Part shown: positions 1-9,497 of the stretch, in pieces
Layout of the letters: every line of letters begins with the position of its first letter
Position numbering within the stretch: position 1 is the stretch's first letter
Source of the DNA: Ignisphaera sp.
Lineage (GTDB): Archaea > Thermoproteota > Thermoprotei_A > Sulfolobales > Ignisphaeraceae
Length of the DNA stretch: 64,000 nucleotides
Direction of reading: 5' to 3'
NCBI GenBank assembly: GCA_038889075.1
Contig: JAWAHS010000003.1
Location: forward strand, 49,621 to 113,620
Program-made: the position numbers and the translations under genes
Notes under the pieces: generated by a model
What the model was told of the DNA's origin: nothing
What the model saw: only the letters and a program-made list of their open reading frames with translations
The model's database searches: none

Positions 1-503
1 TCTATATCCTCAATAAGCTCCACATCTTGAATAACAAATTCTTCTCTAGGTATCTCAGCCATTCTATAGCCTATCTCTTCCCACAAAATATGGAGCTTCT
101 CTACCTCCTCTTTACTACCTTTTCTCTCAACAACAACTTTTTGAAAAAGCTTAATTGCTTCCTCAGGGAAGTACTTCTGCCTAAGTTTTTCAGAATCTAT
201 GTATACCCTAATACCTCTACTTCTACCTCTTCTAAATAGCACTACAGCATTCTTGCCTAAATCAAGGTATATTAGTGAATTGTTGCCAAAGGTACATCCA
301 GTAGCTATTTGAACACCATCAACTAGACAGTTATTAACTTCAACAACAGCTATCAGCTCCTCTTCAATAGTTTCAACAACGCCTGCTCTACTAACACCAA
401 GCCTTTCCATAGCCATCTCCGACATTCTAAGACCTAGCACGAGAAACGGACATATATGTCCATGGAGCCTCCTAGCTTTTTCGATAAGCTCTTTTGAAAC
501 CAT
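1..503 (-). CDS. FmdE-family protein (formylmethanofuran dehydrogenase subunit E-like), 3' end outside window
   Basis: Manual translation from ATG at 503: MVSKELIEKARRLHGHICPFLVLGLRM...VEVNNCLVDGVQIATGCTFGNNSL. HGHxCP and CxxDGVQxxTGCTxG are FmdE motifs. Not in ORF track (truncated by window edge). Confidence 0.85.
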   Translation of the reverse strand, partial: MVSKELIEKARRLHGHICPFLVLGLRMSEMAMERLGVSRAGVVETIEEELIAVVEVNNCLVDGVQIATGCTFGNNSLIYLDLGKNAVVLFRRGRSRGIRVYIDSEKLRQKYFPEEAIKLFQKVVVERKGSKEEVEKLHILWEEIGYRMAEIPREEFVIQDVELIEDI

Positions 504-733
504 ATCAAGTCACACCTTGATACTATAAATGTGCACCAATATAAATCTATCGTATCGTGGCTACCATAGTGCAGGCTTCCATCTCGTTCAGCGTGTTCTA
601 CGCTAAAACCTTACTCGATGTAAGAGATTGCTGCAGCAATCTCTTTCAGCTCTTCCAATCGCATTGCTGATATTCATCATATACAACGTATGCTCAGAAA
701 GCATTTGAAAAACGTTGAAGCCATTCAATTGTG

Positions 734-811
734 TGGCGGGCCCGAGGGGATTTGAACCCCTGACCACCGGCTTAGGAGGCCGGCGCTCTATCCTAGCTGA
801 GCTACGGGCCC
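734..811 (-). tRNA. tRNA-Arg(CCT), intronless, CCA encoded
   Basis: Reverse complement GGGCCCGTAGCTCAGCTAGGATAGAGCGCCGGCCTCCTAAGCCGGTGGTCAGGGGTTCAAATCCCCTCGGGCCCGCCA; anticodon arm CCGGC-CT-CCT-AA-GCCGG; TTAAAT TATA-like box about 25 nt upstream. Confidence 0.97.
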
Positions 812-875
812 AGTAGGTCTGTAGTTGCTAGTTCAATTTAAGTGTTTTTGGTGTATTGTACATATGTTTGCCGTT

Positions 876-1724
876 TTATTGTATTGTTTGGTAGTACTTT
901 TTGAGGAGTAGCGCATCTTCTTCTAGATTTGGTGATTCGCTAATTATAACCCCTTCTACATTGAATTCTTTTAGGATTTTTACAAGGTCTCTGTAATTTA
1001 GATCTGATTCTGCTAGGTTTAGATGCTTTACCTCACCCTTTGGACCATAGTTGATGCCGCTTATGTGCATGTGCATGTTTGATAGCGCTTCCCTACCCAG
1101 CTTTTTTTCGATTACTTCCATCACTTCTCTAAATTCGCTATAGCTATTATATCTTCCTAGACTTCTTGCATGTAGATGGGCAAAGTCTATACATGGCAGA
1201 ACATTTTCACCGATATCTTGGCTGAGGCTGACAACTTCTTCTAAAGAGCCTATCTCACTCAAGCCACCCATAACCTCTGGTCTTATCCATATGTCGATAC
1301 CCCTATCCCTAAGCTCGTTAACGATCTTCTTTATAACATCTCTTACGTTGTTATAGACTGTTGTTGGATCGAAACCTCCATAGTAGCCGGTATGAAAAAC
1401 TACACTCCATGCACCAGCCTCGAAACCTATGTAAGCACTTTCAACTATACGTCTAATGCTTGCCTCGACTTTCTGGTTATCAACTGAGTTGAGATTTATA
1501 TAGTATGGTGCATGGACTGTGAGAGCAATACCCAGCTCTGTAGCTACATTCTTAATCTCGTGAGCCATATCAACGTTCATCTTAATACCTCTTACAAACT
1601 CTATTTCCATAGCGTCCAATCCGAGCTCCCAGACCCTTTTAATACCATTGACAGTGGTCTTCTTAGGTGTTGAGTTGGGTATTCCAGCCGTACCAAAACG
1701 CAGTCCGGTTAACCTTTTAGGCAT
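876..1724 (-). CDS. nfo: Endonuclease IV / AP endonuclease (TIM barrel)
   Basis: HAPYYINLNS, VVFHTG, RPE, CIDFAHLHAR, HMHISG, HLNL, ISESP metal-binding motifs. Confidence 0.88.
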   Translation of the reverse strand: MPKRLTGLRFGTAGIPNSTPKKTTVNGIKRVWELGLDAMEIEFVRGIKMNVDMAHEIKNVATELGIALTVHAPYYINLNSVDNQKVEASIRRIVESAYIGFEAGAWSVVFHTGYYGGFDPTTVYNNVRDVIKKIVNELRDRGIDIWIRPEVMGGLSEIGSLEEVVSLSQDIGENVLPCIDFAHLHARSLGRYNSYSEFREVMEVIEKKLGREALSNMHMHISGINYGPKGEVKHLNLAESDLNYRDLVKILKEFNVEGVIISESPNLEEDALLLKKYYQTIQ

Positions 1725-1780
1725 AGATATATCTACCTAATAACTATAGTTCTCAGAAGAACTGAAAAAGTTGATGATAC

Positions 1781-2350
1781 ATGGATCTGCCACGTGAAGA
1801 TGGTATATACATACACGATACAGTATGGAGAGGCATATCTGTAGACGGTCCATTCGTTCCGGAGGAGGATGGTATATACGTACTCTACTTTAGAAATAGC
1901 AAATGTCCTGGATGTAAGGCATTTGATGAGACGTGGAGCAGATTTGTAGAAGGGGTAAGGGACCTGTATAGATTTGTAGTGGTCCAGTGTACAGAATTCT
2001 TTACAAATTGTAGCTCGGGCGATGCTGTCGATACCTTTTTATTCTACCTAGTATTTGAGACCCCACAGATAGTAGTCATCGTCGTTAAAGATGGGATGAT
2101 TATTTATCTAGAGAGGGAGATAGGTTCTCTAACCTATAATAGGCTTAGAGAGTTTGTTATAAACATTGAAGAGAGAATGAACGATTATCTAAAAAGAGAC
2201 GAAGAGGTTGACAGCAACGAGGAGGGTCTCTACATAGATTTTAGTGAAAGAAATTGGAAAGAGATTGTTAGAAGAATTAAGGCATTACTTGATGGACGGG
2301 AATTGCGTGAAGTATGCGATGAAGATGGGTGTAGACTTGTAATTGTCTAG
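1781..2350 (+). CDS. Thioredoxin-fold protein
   Basis: VLYFRNSKCPGCKAF active-site CxxC, cis-Pro-like ETPQ. Confidence 0.7.
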   Translation: MDLPREDGIYIHDTVWRGISVDGPFVPEEDGIYVLYFRNSKCPGCKAFDETWSRFVEGVRDLYRFVVVQCTEFFTNCSSGDAVDTFLFYLVFETPQIVVIVVKDGMIIYLEREIGSLTYNRLREFVINIEERMNDYLKRDEEVDSNEEGLYIDFSERNWKEIVRRIKALLDGRELREVCDEDGCRLVIV

Positions 2351-2420
2351 CAAACCCTGTCCATAAAGGATATTAGGGATGGTATACAGTTAGCAGTACT
2401 ATATACTAGATTGTTGGGAG

Positions 2421-3689
2421 ATGTTATTGAGACCTCTAATCCTGATACCATTTGCATCAGAGGTGCATAGAAGAGAGTACTATGCAGGTATACTTGAGGT
2501 GCTCAAATCCTATTTTAGAAAATATGGTATAGATTTCCATGAAGAGATCGTAATTAGCTATGATAAGGTGGAAACTATTTCAAAAAAATATCGTAACTTC
2601 ATTCCGATAGCACTCATACTGACAGGTGGAACAAGCAGATTGGTATACGAATTTGTAGTAGAATCGCAACTTGATCGGGTATTCATATTCGCACATGGAG
2701 AACACAACAGTCTTGCATCAGCTATTTCAGCTAGAAGTAAACTGGAGTATGAGGGTGTTTCCACGGGCCTCTACTACTGTAACAATCCATATTCTAAAGA
2801 GTGCGAATTTGTCATCGATAGAGTTATGGCTATTGCGAGAACTGTAGCTAGTATAATTGGCGCTAAAGTGGGTGTGGTAGCCGATAGAAAGCGAGAGGAA
2901 TCTGATGAAATATTTGAGTCAAAATTTGATGCTATAGTAGATATAATTTCCTTTGATGAATTTGAAAAAGAGTTTAGTGAGATAAGCGATGATATGTTGG
3001 TTAAAACTATGAATCACATCAGGGGTAGGATAGGAATTGAAAAAGCGGATACCGCATTGAAAGACATAGCTAAACTCTATATTGCATTAAAGAGTATTGT
3101 AAGCAAGAGAAAACTAGATGCTATTACAATAGACTGTTTTCCATACATAGTAAAGTACGGTGTAACTCCTTGCATACCACTAGCACTACTAAATTCTGAA
3201 GGCATTGTAGCTGGATGTGAAGCTGATCTAACAGCCCTTGTAGGGCTGATGATAGCTAGATATATAACAGGTAAAAGTGGATGGATTGCAAATTCTGTAC
3301 TCTTCAATTCTAGGCATGCTCTATTTGCACACTGTACAGTCGCACTCGATATTGTAGATACCCCATCCATAGCACCACACTTTGAGACAGGCAACCCCTA
3401 TGCTGTCTCAGGAAAGATGATTGCAGATACACTAACGCTAATATCTATAGATAGAGAGTTCAGTATTGCAGCAATTGCAAAGGGCAGAATAGTAAAATCT
3501 GGCCTACTGCAATACCCCACCTGTAGAAACCAAATTATGGTAGAATTCGATTATATCACTGAGGAGATTCCACGATATGCCCCAGCAAATCACCATGTAG
3601 CTATGCTAGGGGATCACATATCTAAGCTTATGGATGTAGGATACATGCTTGGTATGGATGTAGTAGAGTATAGGGAACTGGTAAGGTGA
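2421..3689 (+). CDS. L-fucose/L-arabinose isomerase-like protein
   Basis: TGGT, NSLAS, DAITIDCF, PC, GCEADL, AHCT, HFETG, CRNQ, NHH motifs. Confidence 0.8.
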   Translation: MLLRPLILIPFASEVHRREYYAGILEVLKSYFRKYGIDFHEEIVISYDKVETISKKYRNFIPIALILTGGTSRLVYEFVVESQLDRVFIFAHGEHNSLASAISARSKLEYEGVSTGLYYCNNPYSKECEFVIDRVMAIARTVASIIGAKVGVVADRKREESDEIFESKFDAIVDIISFDEFEKEFSEISDDMLVKTMNHIRGRIGIEKADTALKDIAKLYIALKSIVSKRKLDAITIDCFPYIVKYGVTPCIPLALLNSEGIVAGCEADLTALVGLMIARYITGKSGWIANSVLFNSRHALFAHCTVALDIVDTPSIAPHFETGNPYAVSGKMIADTLTLISIDREFSIAAIAKGRIVKSGLLQYPTCRNQIMVEFDYITEEIPRYAPANHHVAMLGDHISKLMDVGYMLGMDVVEYRELVR

Positions 3690-3695
3690 TAATAG

Positions 3696-4259
3696 ATGGA
3701 CATGGACTTAGAAAATGTAGTAAAGCCTAAAAAATTCTACTATCTTCTCCATCCACGTCCAGTAGTGATAATACTCACGAGATGCTCCAATGACAAGATC
3801 AATGCGATGCCTGCATCGTGGATCACGCCAGTATCTGAAGATCTCCAAACAATAGCAATTGCAATCGATAGAACTTCATTTACATCTGAATGCCTCGATT
3901 ATAGTGGTGAGGCAACAGTGAACATACCATCATCCAACTATATAGATCTAGTATATGGGCTCGGTATTACTTCTGGGAGAGATGTAGATAAGATAGAAAA
4001 ATTCAAAATGAAGCTAGCTAAGAGTAGAAGTGTTTCAACACCGCATTGGTCTGAGGCACTGGGATGGCTTGAGGTAAAGGTAGACAGATATATAGATATA
4101 GGTGAGGTACGACTCTACATATTTAATGTAGTAGACTACTATATGCAGAAGGATGTTGCTAGTGAATGGGGGTGGGATTTACGCAAAACTAACATACTAC
4201 ACCATGGTATAGGTAGAGGTTTCTATACAGTAGGAAAGTTGTTAATAGCCAAGCCGTAG
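3696..4259 (+). CDS. Flavin reductase family protein
   Basis: YYLLHPRPVV, NAMPASW, GEATVNIP, SGRDVDK. Confidence 0.88.
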   Translation: MDMDLENVVKPKKFYYLLHPRPVVIILTRCSNDKINAMPASWITPVSEDLQTIAIAIDRTSFTSECLDYSGEATVNIPSSNYIDLVYGLGITSGRDVDKIEKFKMKLAKSRSVSTPHWSEALGWLEVKVDRYIDIGEVRLYIFNVVDYYMQKDVASEWGWDLRKTNILHHGIGRGFYTVGKLLIAKP

Positions 4260-4386
4260 GGTTCCTGCAGGTGATACTAAATGATCTCAATTCAAATCAT
4301 TTTTAATTAAGATGACGTTATTCCGCGCCTTGTGCAATTGTTTCGTTTTTCATATCTGTTCATTGATTGGTATTGATGGAAACGCC

Positions 4387-4392
4387 TATAAA
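4387..4392 (+). promoter_or_regulatory. TATA box (with purine-rich BRE-like GGAAA upstream) for the GC-rich ncRNA at ~4415
   Basis: TATAAA about 25 nt upstream of the GC-rich stretch. Confidence 0.55.
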
Positions 4393-4414
4393 CACCTTGT
4401 ACAGCGATATGTGT

Positions 4415-4520
4415 GGAGGTAGCTGGATGAGGGGTTCGGGAGCCGCTGAGATGCTCTAGATGAAGGCTCTCCCCAAGATGCTCAAGATGTGGGGTGCCCG
4501 GGGTGCACCTGAACACCTCC
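4415..4520 (+). ncRNA. Atypical K-turn-containing sRNA (long C/D-box and/or H/ACA-like); may extend to ~4610
   Basis: GC-rich island in AT-rich intergenic DNA; terminal stem GGAGGT(4415-20)/ACCTCC(4515-20); GGATGA, CTGA(4446), GATGA(4459), CTGA(4509); internal stem GGGAGCC/GGCTCTC. Confidence 0.7.
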
Positions 4521-4637
4521 AAGGGCGATGCAGATCCAAGACCGATGCAGAGGAAAAGAGATGAGGCGATGAAGCCAACCAATATAAACCCATATCAGAG
4601 CTGCCCCTTAATCTTGTTAGTGGTTTAGCATGTAAGT

Positions 4638-5627
4638 CTAGGTTTCCTTCTTTAATAACTGTCTCACAGTTTTTCTCACAGCTGTATAGGAATTCATTGA
4701 TGGCTTCCATCCCGTAGATTTTAGCTTGCTTATATCAAGTAACATGAATTTTACATCTCCTAGCCATCCTCTACCATCCGGTGTAGCCGGTTTGAATATG
4801 TACTTAATGTTGCTAAGTCCCATCTCCTCTACGACGATATCTGCTATCTCTCTTACAGTAATCCAATCCTCATTCCCTACGTTATACACATCATAATCTA
4901 CACCTGCTGTTGGCAGAATCTTCAGTGCTAAGAATAGGGTTGCGTCCACAGCATCATAAACATGTAGATAACTTTTCCTCTGGGTACCATCTCCTAGAAT
5001 CTCTAATTCCTTCGGATTCTGTCTCAACTTATTTATAAAATCTACTATGACTCCATGAGTGCTGCGAGGTCCGATTACATTAGCGTATCTCACAATGAGG
5101 CACTTTATACCATATAGCTTAGAGTAGGATATGCAGAGGTATTCTGCTGCAAGCTTTGCTGCACCATATATTGATATGGGTTCAAGGGGCTGATAGTTTT
5201 CAGGCGTTGGTATCGTTTTAGCATCGCCATAGACCGTGGAGCTACTAGCGAATACCAGAGTCTTTGCCCTGCCTCTCCTACATGCTTCAAGTACATTAAA
5301 TGTGACCACGAGATTTTCATTAAAATGGATATCCGGATTCGTTACGGAGACTCTCACCTCTGGATTGGCAGCCATGTGTATAGCGATATCTGCATTTCTA
5401 AAATAGTATAGCCACTGTTCATCTGGATGCTTTAGATCGGCCTTTACAAATGTAAAGTACTTCTTATTGATGTGCCCCGCTATATTATCTATACTCCCCG
5501 AGCTGAGATTATCTATAGCAATGACCTCCTCCGCCAGTCTGTTTCTTACCAAATAATCTATTATGTGACTACCTATGAATCCTGCTCCACCAGTGACAAT
5601 AACTCTATTTATATGTTGAAGACTCAT
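4638..5627 (-). CDS. NAD-dependent epimerase/dehydratase (UDP-glucose 4-epimerase-like)
   Basis: VTGGAGFIGSH, FASSSTVYG, YGAAK extended SDR motifs. Confidence 0.92.
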   Translation of the reverse strand: MSLQHINRVIVTGGAGFIGSHIIDYLVRNRLAEEVIAIDNLSSGSIDNIAGHINKKYFTFVKADLKHPDEQWLYYFRNADIAIHMAANPEVRVSVTNPDIHFNENLVVTFNVLEACRRGRAKTLVFASSSTVYGDAKTIPTPENYQPLEPISIYGAAKLAAEYLCISYSKLYGIKCLIVRYANVIGPRSTHGVIVDFINKLRQNPKELEILGDGTQRKSYLHVYDAVDATLFLALKILPTAGVDYDVYNVGNEDWITVREIADIVVEEMGLSNIKYIFKPATPDGRGWLGDVKFMLLDISKLKSTGWKPSMNSYTAVRKTVRQLLKKET

Positions 5628-5680
5628 TTTGTGATCCCTTCATCATTAGTGTATTCAGTATGGCTAGGCTAAATCACTAG
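5624..5680 (-). ncRNA. Candidate C/D-box sRNA overlapping the epimerase start codon
   Basis: GTGATTT (degenerate C)-AGCCTAGCCATA-CTGA-8nt-ATGATGA-AGGGATCACAAA-ATGA (degenerate D). Confidence 0.45.
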
Positions 5681-5729
5681 ATATGTAGTAATGTTTAGAT
5701 TACAGCCCTTTATAAACTGTATGGAGAGC

Positions 5730-6677
5730 CTAGAGTAGCAATATGTACGATGCTATGTTAGAGAGCCAGCTATTATCATCGTATGGTATTCTTAGTGCAG
5801 CTGCAGATTCGTTGCCATAGTAACCCTTCATAGAGAAGAGTGTTACCACCATCCCTCTATGGTTTATCTTAAAACCATTACACGGTTCGTGGCCTCTGAT
5901 CATGACCTTTATATCCAATTTCTCTACAATCCTTTCTGAAATCCGCCATCCCCATAGCTTACCAGCACCCCGGTATACATTGTACGAAACCCCTTCAATA
6001 TCTTCAGTTGGATCACTCCACAACACATCCTCAAAATCCTCCTTATTTCCAACATTCAATATGGTATCCGGATCTGTATAGCGTTCTGCCCTTGACAGAG
6101 GCGGCCCTCCGTGAAAGGCTAGAATCCTATCAGGTATGTAGAGAAGTAGTGGCATCGCTTCAAACATCTCAAGGAAGCTGTAGTAGAGTTCCCTTCCACC
6201 ATCTGAACCAAACCTCTCTACCAATTCATAGGGAAAGTCGTGTGGATAGGGTTCTAGACCTTTAACCGGTTCATGATTGCCCCTTAGCAGTAATATGTTT
6301 TCCCTCCACTCGCACTTCAGTATAGATAGAAATGTTAGTGTTAGTAGTTGTTGTGGCCCTCTATCTATATAGTCCCCTAGAAACACCATCTTCATCGAAT
6401 TGCTATTCAGATACTCAACAGCGTTAAGTTTGATCATCAGCTCTACAAGTGTATTGATATCGCCATGAATGTCGCCAAAGAATACCATTGGAATAGAGGT
6501 GCGCTCCTTCACTACATATCTTTTACTTCGTATATTGAATTCGAATTCAAGCTCGTATTTAGTATCATTAATAAGTGTTTGAAGTTTGTGGAAGTCTCTC
6601 ACCGTATCCTGAGCTCGATGTACCAATTCCTCTATACTCCACATTATAAATACCATGTAAGTATATGTGTGCGTCAT
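5730..6677 (-). CDS. PPP-family Ser/Thr protein phosphatase (true start possibly MWSIEE at ~6644)
   Basis: GDIHG, GDYIDRG, LRGNHE, HGG, LWSDP, IRGHE motifs. Confidence 0.92.
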   Translation of the reverse strand: MTHTYTYMVFIMWSIEELVHRAQDTVRDFHKLQTLINDTKYELEFEFNIRSKRYVVKERTSIPMVFFGDIHGDINTLVELMIKLNAVEYLNSNSMKMVFLGDYIDRGPQQLLTLTFLSILKCEWRENILLLRGNHEPVKGLEPYPHDFPYELVERFGSDGGRELYYSFLEMFEAMPLLLYIPDRILAFHGGPPLSRAERYTDPDTILNVGNKEDFEDVLWSDPTEDIEGVSYNVYRGAGKLWGWRISERIVEKLDIKVMIRGHEPCNGFKINHRGMVVTLFSMKGYYGNESAAALRIPYDDNSWLSNIASYILLL

Positions 6678-6738
6678 TTCTATAATAGGTAAATACCTTA
6701 AATACTAATATGGTCCTACATCTAATGGTGGTATCTCT

Positions 6739-7818
6739 ATGGCACTAATACGAGCACTGGCCCTACACATTCCGATTATTAAACATGAAACTGGTTGGAT
6801 TGTAAAGAAGTCGACTGAGCTACTCGATAGAACCATTATATGTTGCAAAAACGTAGGCTCCTCTCCATGGACTTGGAGAATAGTACTTCCTCCTCTACCT
6901 ACAACTATCGAATACCAAAATGTTAAGAAGATGGTATTAGAAATCTCTAGCAGTTTTAGCAACATAGGGGTATTAATTGCAATTCCATTTAAAATGGATA
7001 GTCCTTACATAGATAGAATTATTGACTTGATTTACGAAAATGACAACGTTTATAGCAGTATCAGCTGTAACGATGAGCTCTGTATAGATAGGGTTATAGA
7101 TAGAATCTATGGTAGGGCTAGGAATACAGACATAAACGTCTATACAAACTTTGCAATAGCCTTTGGATCTTGGATGGAATCACCATATTTTCCAGCAACG
7201 GCCAATGTGAGTAACACAGTAGGGTTGAGTTGCTCTCTGAGGTATGCTGATTTAATTAAGAAAAGCTTAGTGGATGGAAATGGCGATATAGTCTTTGAAT
7301 TTGTTACCAGAATCGATAATCTGCTTGAATCCTTATCAAAGTGTGTAGGCATACCGTATCTTGGTATGGATCTTTCCCTTTCACCTTGGCTTAGCGAAAG
7401 TGTAGCAGAGATCGTTGAGTTTCTAGTAGGGGATAGAATGGGATCCATAGGTAGCTTTAATGCCATATATGTATTGAATGCCTACATAAGAAGATTGATG
7501 AAGAGTGCTGGTGTAAAAACGATAGGATACAACGAAGTAATGCTACCTGTTGCTGAAGATCTGTTACTGAATGAACGTGTTGGAAAAGGAGATGTGAAAC
7601 TAAGAGATTTAATGAGCTTTTCCATCTTCTGTGTACCAGGTGTAGATATGGTAGCGATGCCCCATTACATTAACTATAGAAGGTTTCTTTTAGATATGCT
7701 AGCTATTTACGAGGTCAAGAAAACTAATACTGCATTAAGGGTAATACCAACTGATTTAGAGAGTGGAACTAGGATTATTTTAAAACGTTTTGGAGAGACC
7801 TATGTTGTATATACATAG
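6739..7818 (+). CDS. DUF711-family protein (divergent)
   Basis: SPYFPA, GMDLSLSPW, GYNEVMLPVAEDLLL, CVPGVDMV. Confidence 0.75.
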   Translation: MALIRALALHIPIIKHETGWIVKKSTELLDRTIICCKNVGSSPWTWRIVLPPLPTTIEYQNVKKMVLEISSSFSNIGVLIAIPFKMDSPYIDRIIDLIYENDNVYSSISCNDELCIDRVIDRIYGRARNTDINVYTNFAIAFGSWMESPYFPATANVSNTVGLSCSLRYADLIKKSLVDGNGDIVFEFVTRIDNLLESLSKCVGIPYLGMDLSLSPWLSESVAEIVEFLVGDRMGSIGSFNAIYVLNAYIRRLMKSAGVKTIGYNEVMLPVAEDLLLNERVGKGDVKLRDLMSFSIFCVPGVDMVAMPHYINYRRFLLDMLAIYEVKKTNTALRVIPTDLESGTRIILKRFGETYVVYT

Positions 7819-7821
7819 TAG

Positions 7822-8868
7822 ATGGTGATAGATATAGTGAGCACTATATTTCCAGAGTTAGAATCTGCCATACCAAAGTTGCTAGACATGATAAGTAATA
7901 GAATTGAAAGAGAAAGGGCCAGCATCATAAAGATATTAGAAAGAGTTGAATGGAATGCCAGCTTTAATAGAGACCTCAATAGTTGCATTGCCATAGGTGC
8001 AGACTCTAGCTTCACCATAGTAGATTCCAGAGTGGGTACGATATACGTTGTCCAAGGCATAGCAATAAGACAGACATTTACTAGATCACTAATAAAAATT
8101 GAAGAATACATCAGATTCTATGATGCAGGTTTAATTTCTATTAAATCCAGCTCTCCAAATAGAATAATCAGAAGGTCTATCTACAAAAGGGCACTATCAA
8201 CATATGCATATCTGCTGGAGCTACAATCAGCGTATAGTTTAGCAAAAAGTGGTTCTGCTGATGTAGTACTACTCGATGGTTCATTAATATCCTTCCTGAT
8301 GCAGAGGGACTTCAAAGGCATCAGTATGAATATAAATAGCATTAGTCAAGCTAAAGATACTGAGCTTAGAGAGGTTTTGGAAAAAAAGAATATTTTAATA
8401 AACGAATTGAGCAACCTCTCTAACACTATTTTCATTGCTAAATCAAGCAGCGCATGTTTCTATACAAATGGTATGTATCCTGATATGTATGTATTTGAAT
8501 TAGCTAAACTATTTAGAATAGAACCATACTATAGAGCTGGGTACTCTACACCCATGGTAATAGAAATCGATGGAACACTAAAAAAGTTTCTAGGAATAGA
8601 CAAAGAATGTGGTATACAGTTCTTTACTGTAACGTACTCAAGGTTCGCAGATGGCGCACCGGTCTTCCAACTAACACTACCTCATAAAATTTACATTGAT
8701 AAGGTAGGCAGTTTATTTTCATATGTAAAAATGTTATCACCGTCTGGATATCCGATGCCTTTAGAGTATCCACATAGAATTAGTAGACTAGCTAGGAGTA
8801 CTCTAATAGACATTCTTATAAAAATCGGTATCCCGATTATAAGCGGCCGAGAACTTGTAGAGCTATAG
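7822..8868 (+). CDS. NurA-domain nuclease
   Basis: IGADSS, VVLLDGSL, FIAKSS, GYPMPLEYPH motifs of the NurA RNase H-like fold. Confidence 0.8.
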   Translation: MVIDIVSTIFPELESAIPKLLDMISNRIERERASIIKILERVEWNASFNRDLNSCIAIGADSSFTIVDSRVGTIYVVQGIAIRQTFTRSLIKIEEYIRFYDAGLISIKSSSPNRIIRRSIYKRALSTYAYLLELQSAYSLAKSGSADVVLLDGSLISFLMQRDFKGISMNINSISQAKDTELREVLEKKNILINELSNLSNTIFIAKSSSACFYTNGMYPDMYVFELAKLFRIEPYYRAGYSTPMVIEIDGTLKKFLGIDKECGIQFFTVTYSRFADGAPVFQLTLPHKIYIDKVGSLFSYVKMLSPSGYPMPLEYPHRISRLARSTLIDILIKIGIPIISGRELVEL

Positions 8869-8878
8869 ATACTCTAGA

Positions 8879-9349
8879 TCAGCTCTGAATACATTTAATA
8901 TTATCTAATAAATTATCGATGTACTCCTTAAAGTAGTTGGCTGGTATATAGCCTATGAGTCCATCCGCTACTTTTCCATCAATTAGGACAACCGTTGTAG
9001 GAGTAGAATAGACATTGAACATCAAGGCCGCTTCTGGAACAAAATCAGCATTTACTTCGATAAATGCCGCTTTACTACTATATTGTTCCGCAGTACGGTA
9101 GAAGATGGGTTTAAATAGTTTGCAGTATGGGCAGTGCGTTGTTGTTATAAGCACGAACACAACTTTACAGCTTTCTAAAGCATCTATGAACTCTCTATAC
9201 GATTTAGCAAATATAACACCATTAAGTGGAATATTGCAACATGCATTTCTCCCTAAATTGCTACCTCTACTGTATTCAGACACTATTCTATCAAGTATTT
9301 TAGAGACCTCCGAGTTGCTCTCAAAATCCTCATATTTATTGCCGATCAC
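8879..9349 (-). CDS. Thioredoxin family protein
   Basis: HCPYCKLFKP, NVYSTPT. Confidence 0.85.
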   Translation of the reverse strand: MIGNKYEDFESNSEVSKILDRIVSEYSRGSNLGRNACCNIPLNGVIFAKSYREFIDALESCKVVFVLITTTHCPYCKLFKPIFYRTAEQYSSKAAFIEVNADFVPEAALMFNVYSTPTTVVLIDGKVADGLIGYIPANYFKEYIDNLLDNIKCIQS

Positions 9350-9497
9350 AACATTACACCTACCATGTATACTAGGAAATTAGAATATAGATAAAAATTT
9401 AACTGTAGTAACACAATACATTAAATCTAATAACTGTAATGCCTGGGAATATCATAAGCTTATTTAATGTTTAACTAGATACTAGATAGGGACTTCA

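Noticed and set aside
27-239. 70-aa + strand ORF
   Set aside because: Antisense shadow of the FmdE-like gene
646-700. Minus-strand ATGATGA/CTGA boxes downstream of the tRNA
   Set aside because: Spacing does not give a coherent C-D'-C'-D unit
4307-4710. Two short minus-strand ORFs (one with an HLEHL repeat)
   Set aside because: Antisense to the GC-rich ncRNA; atypical composition
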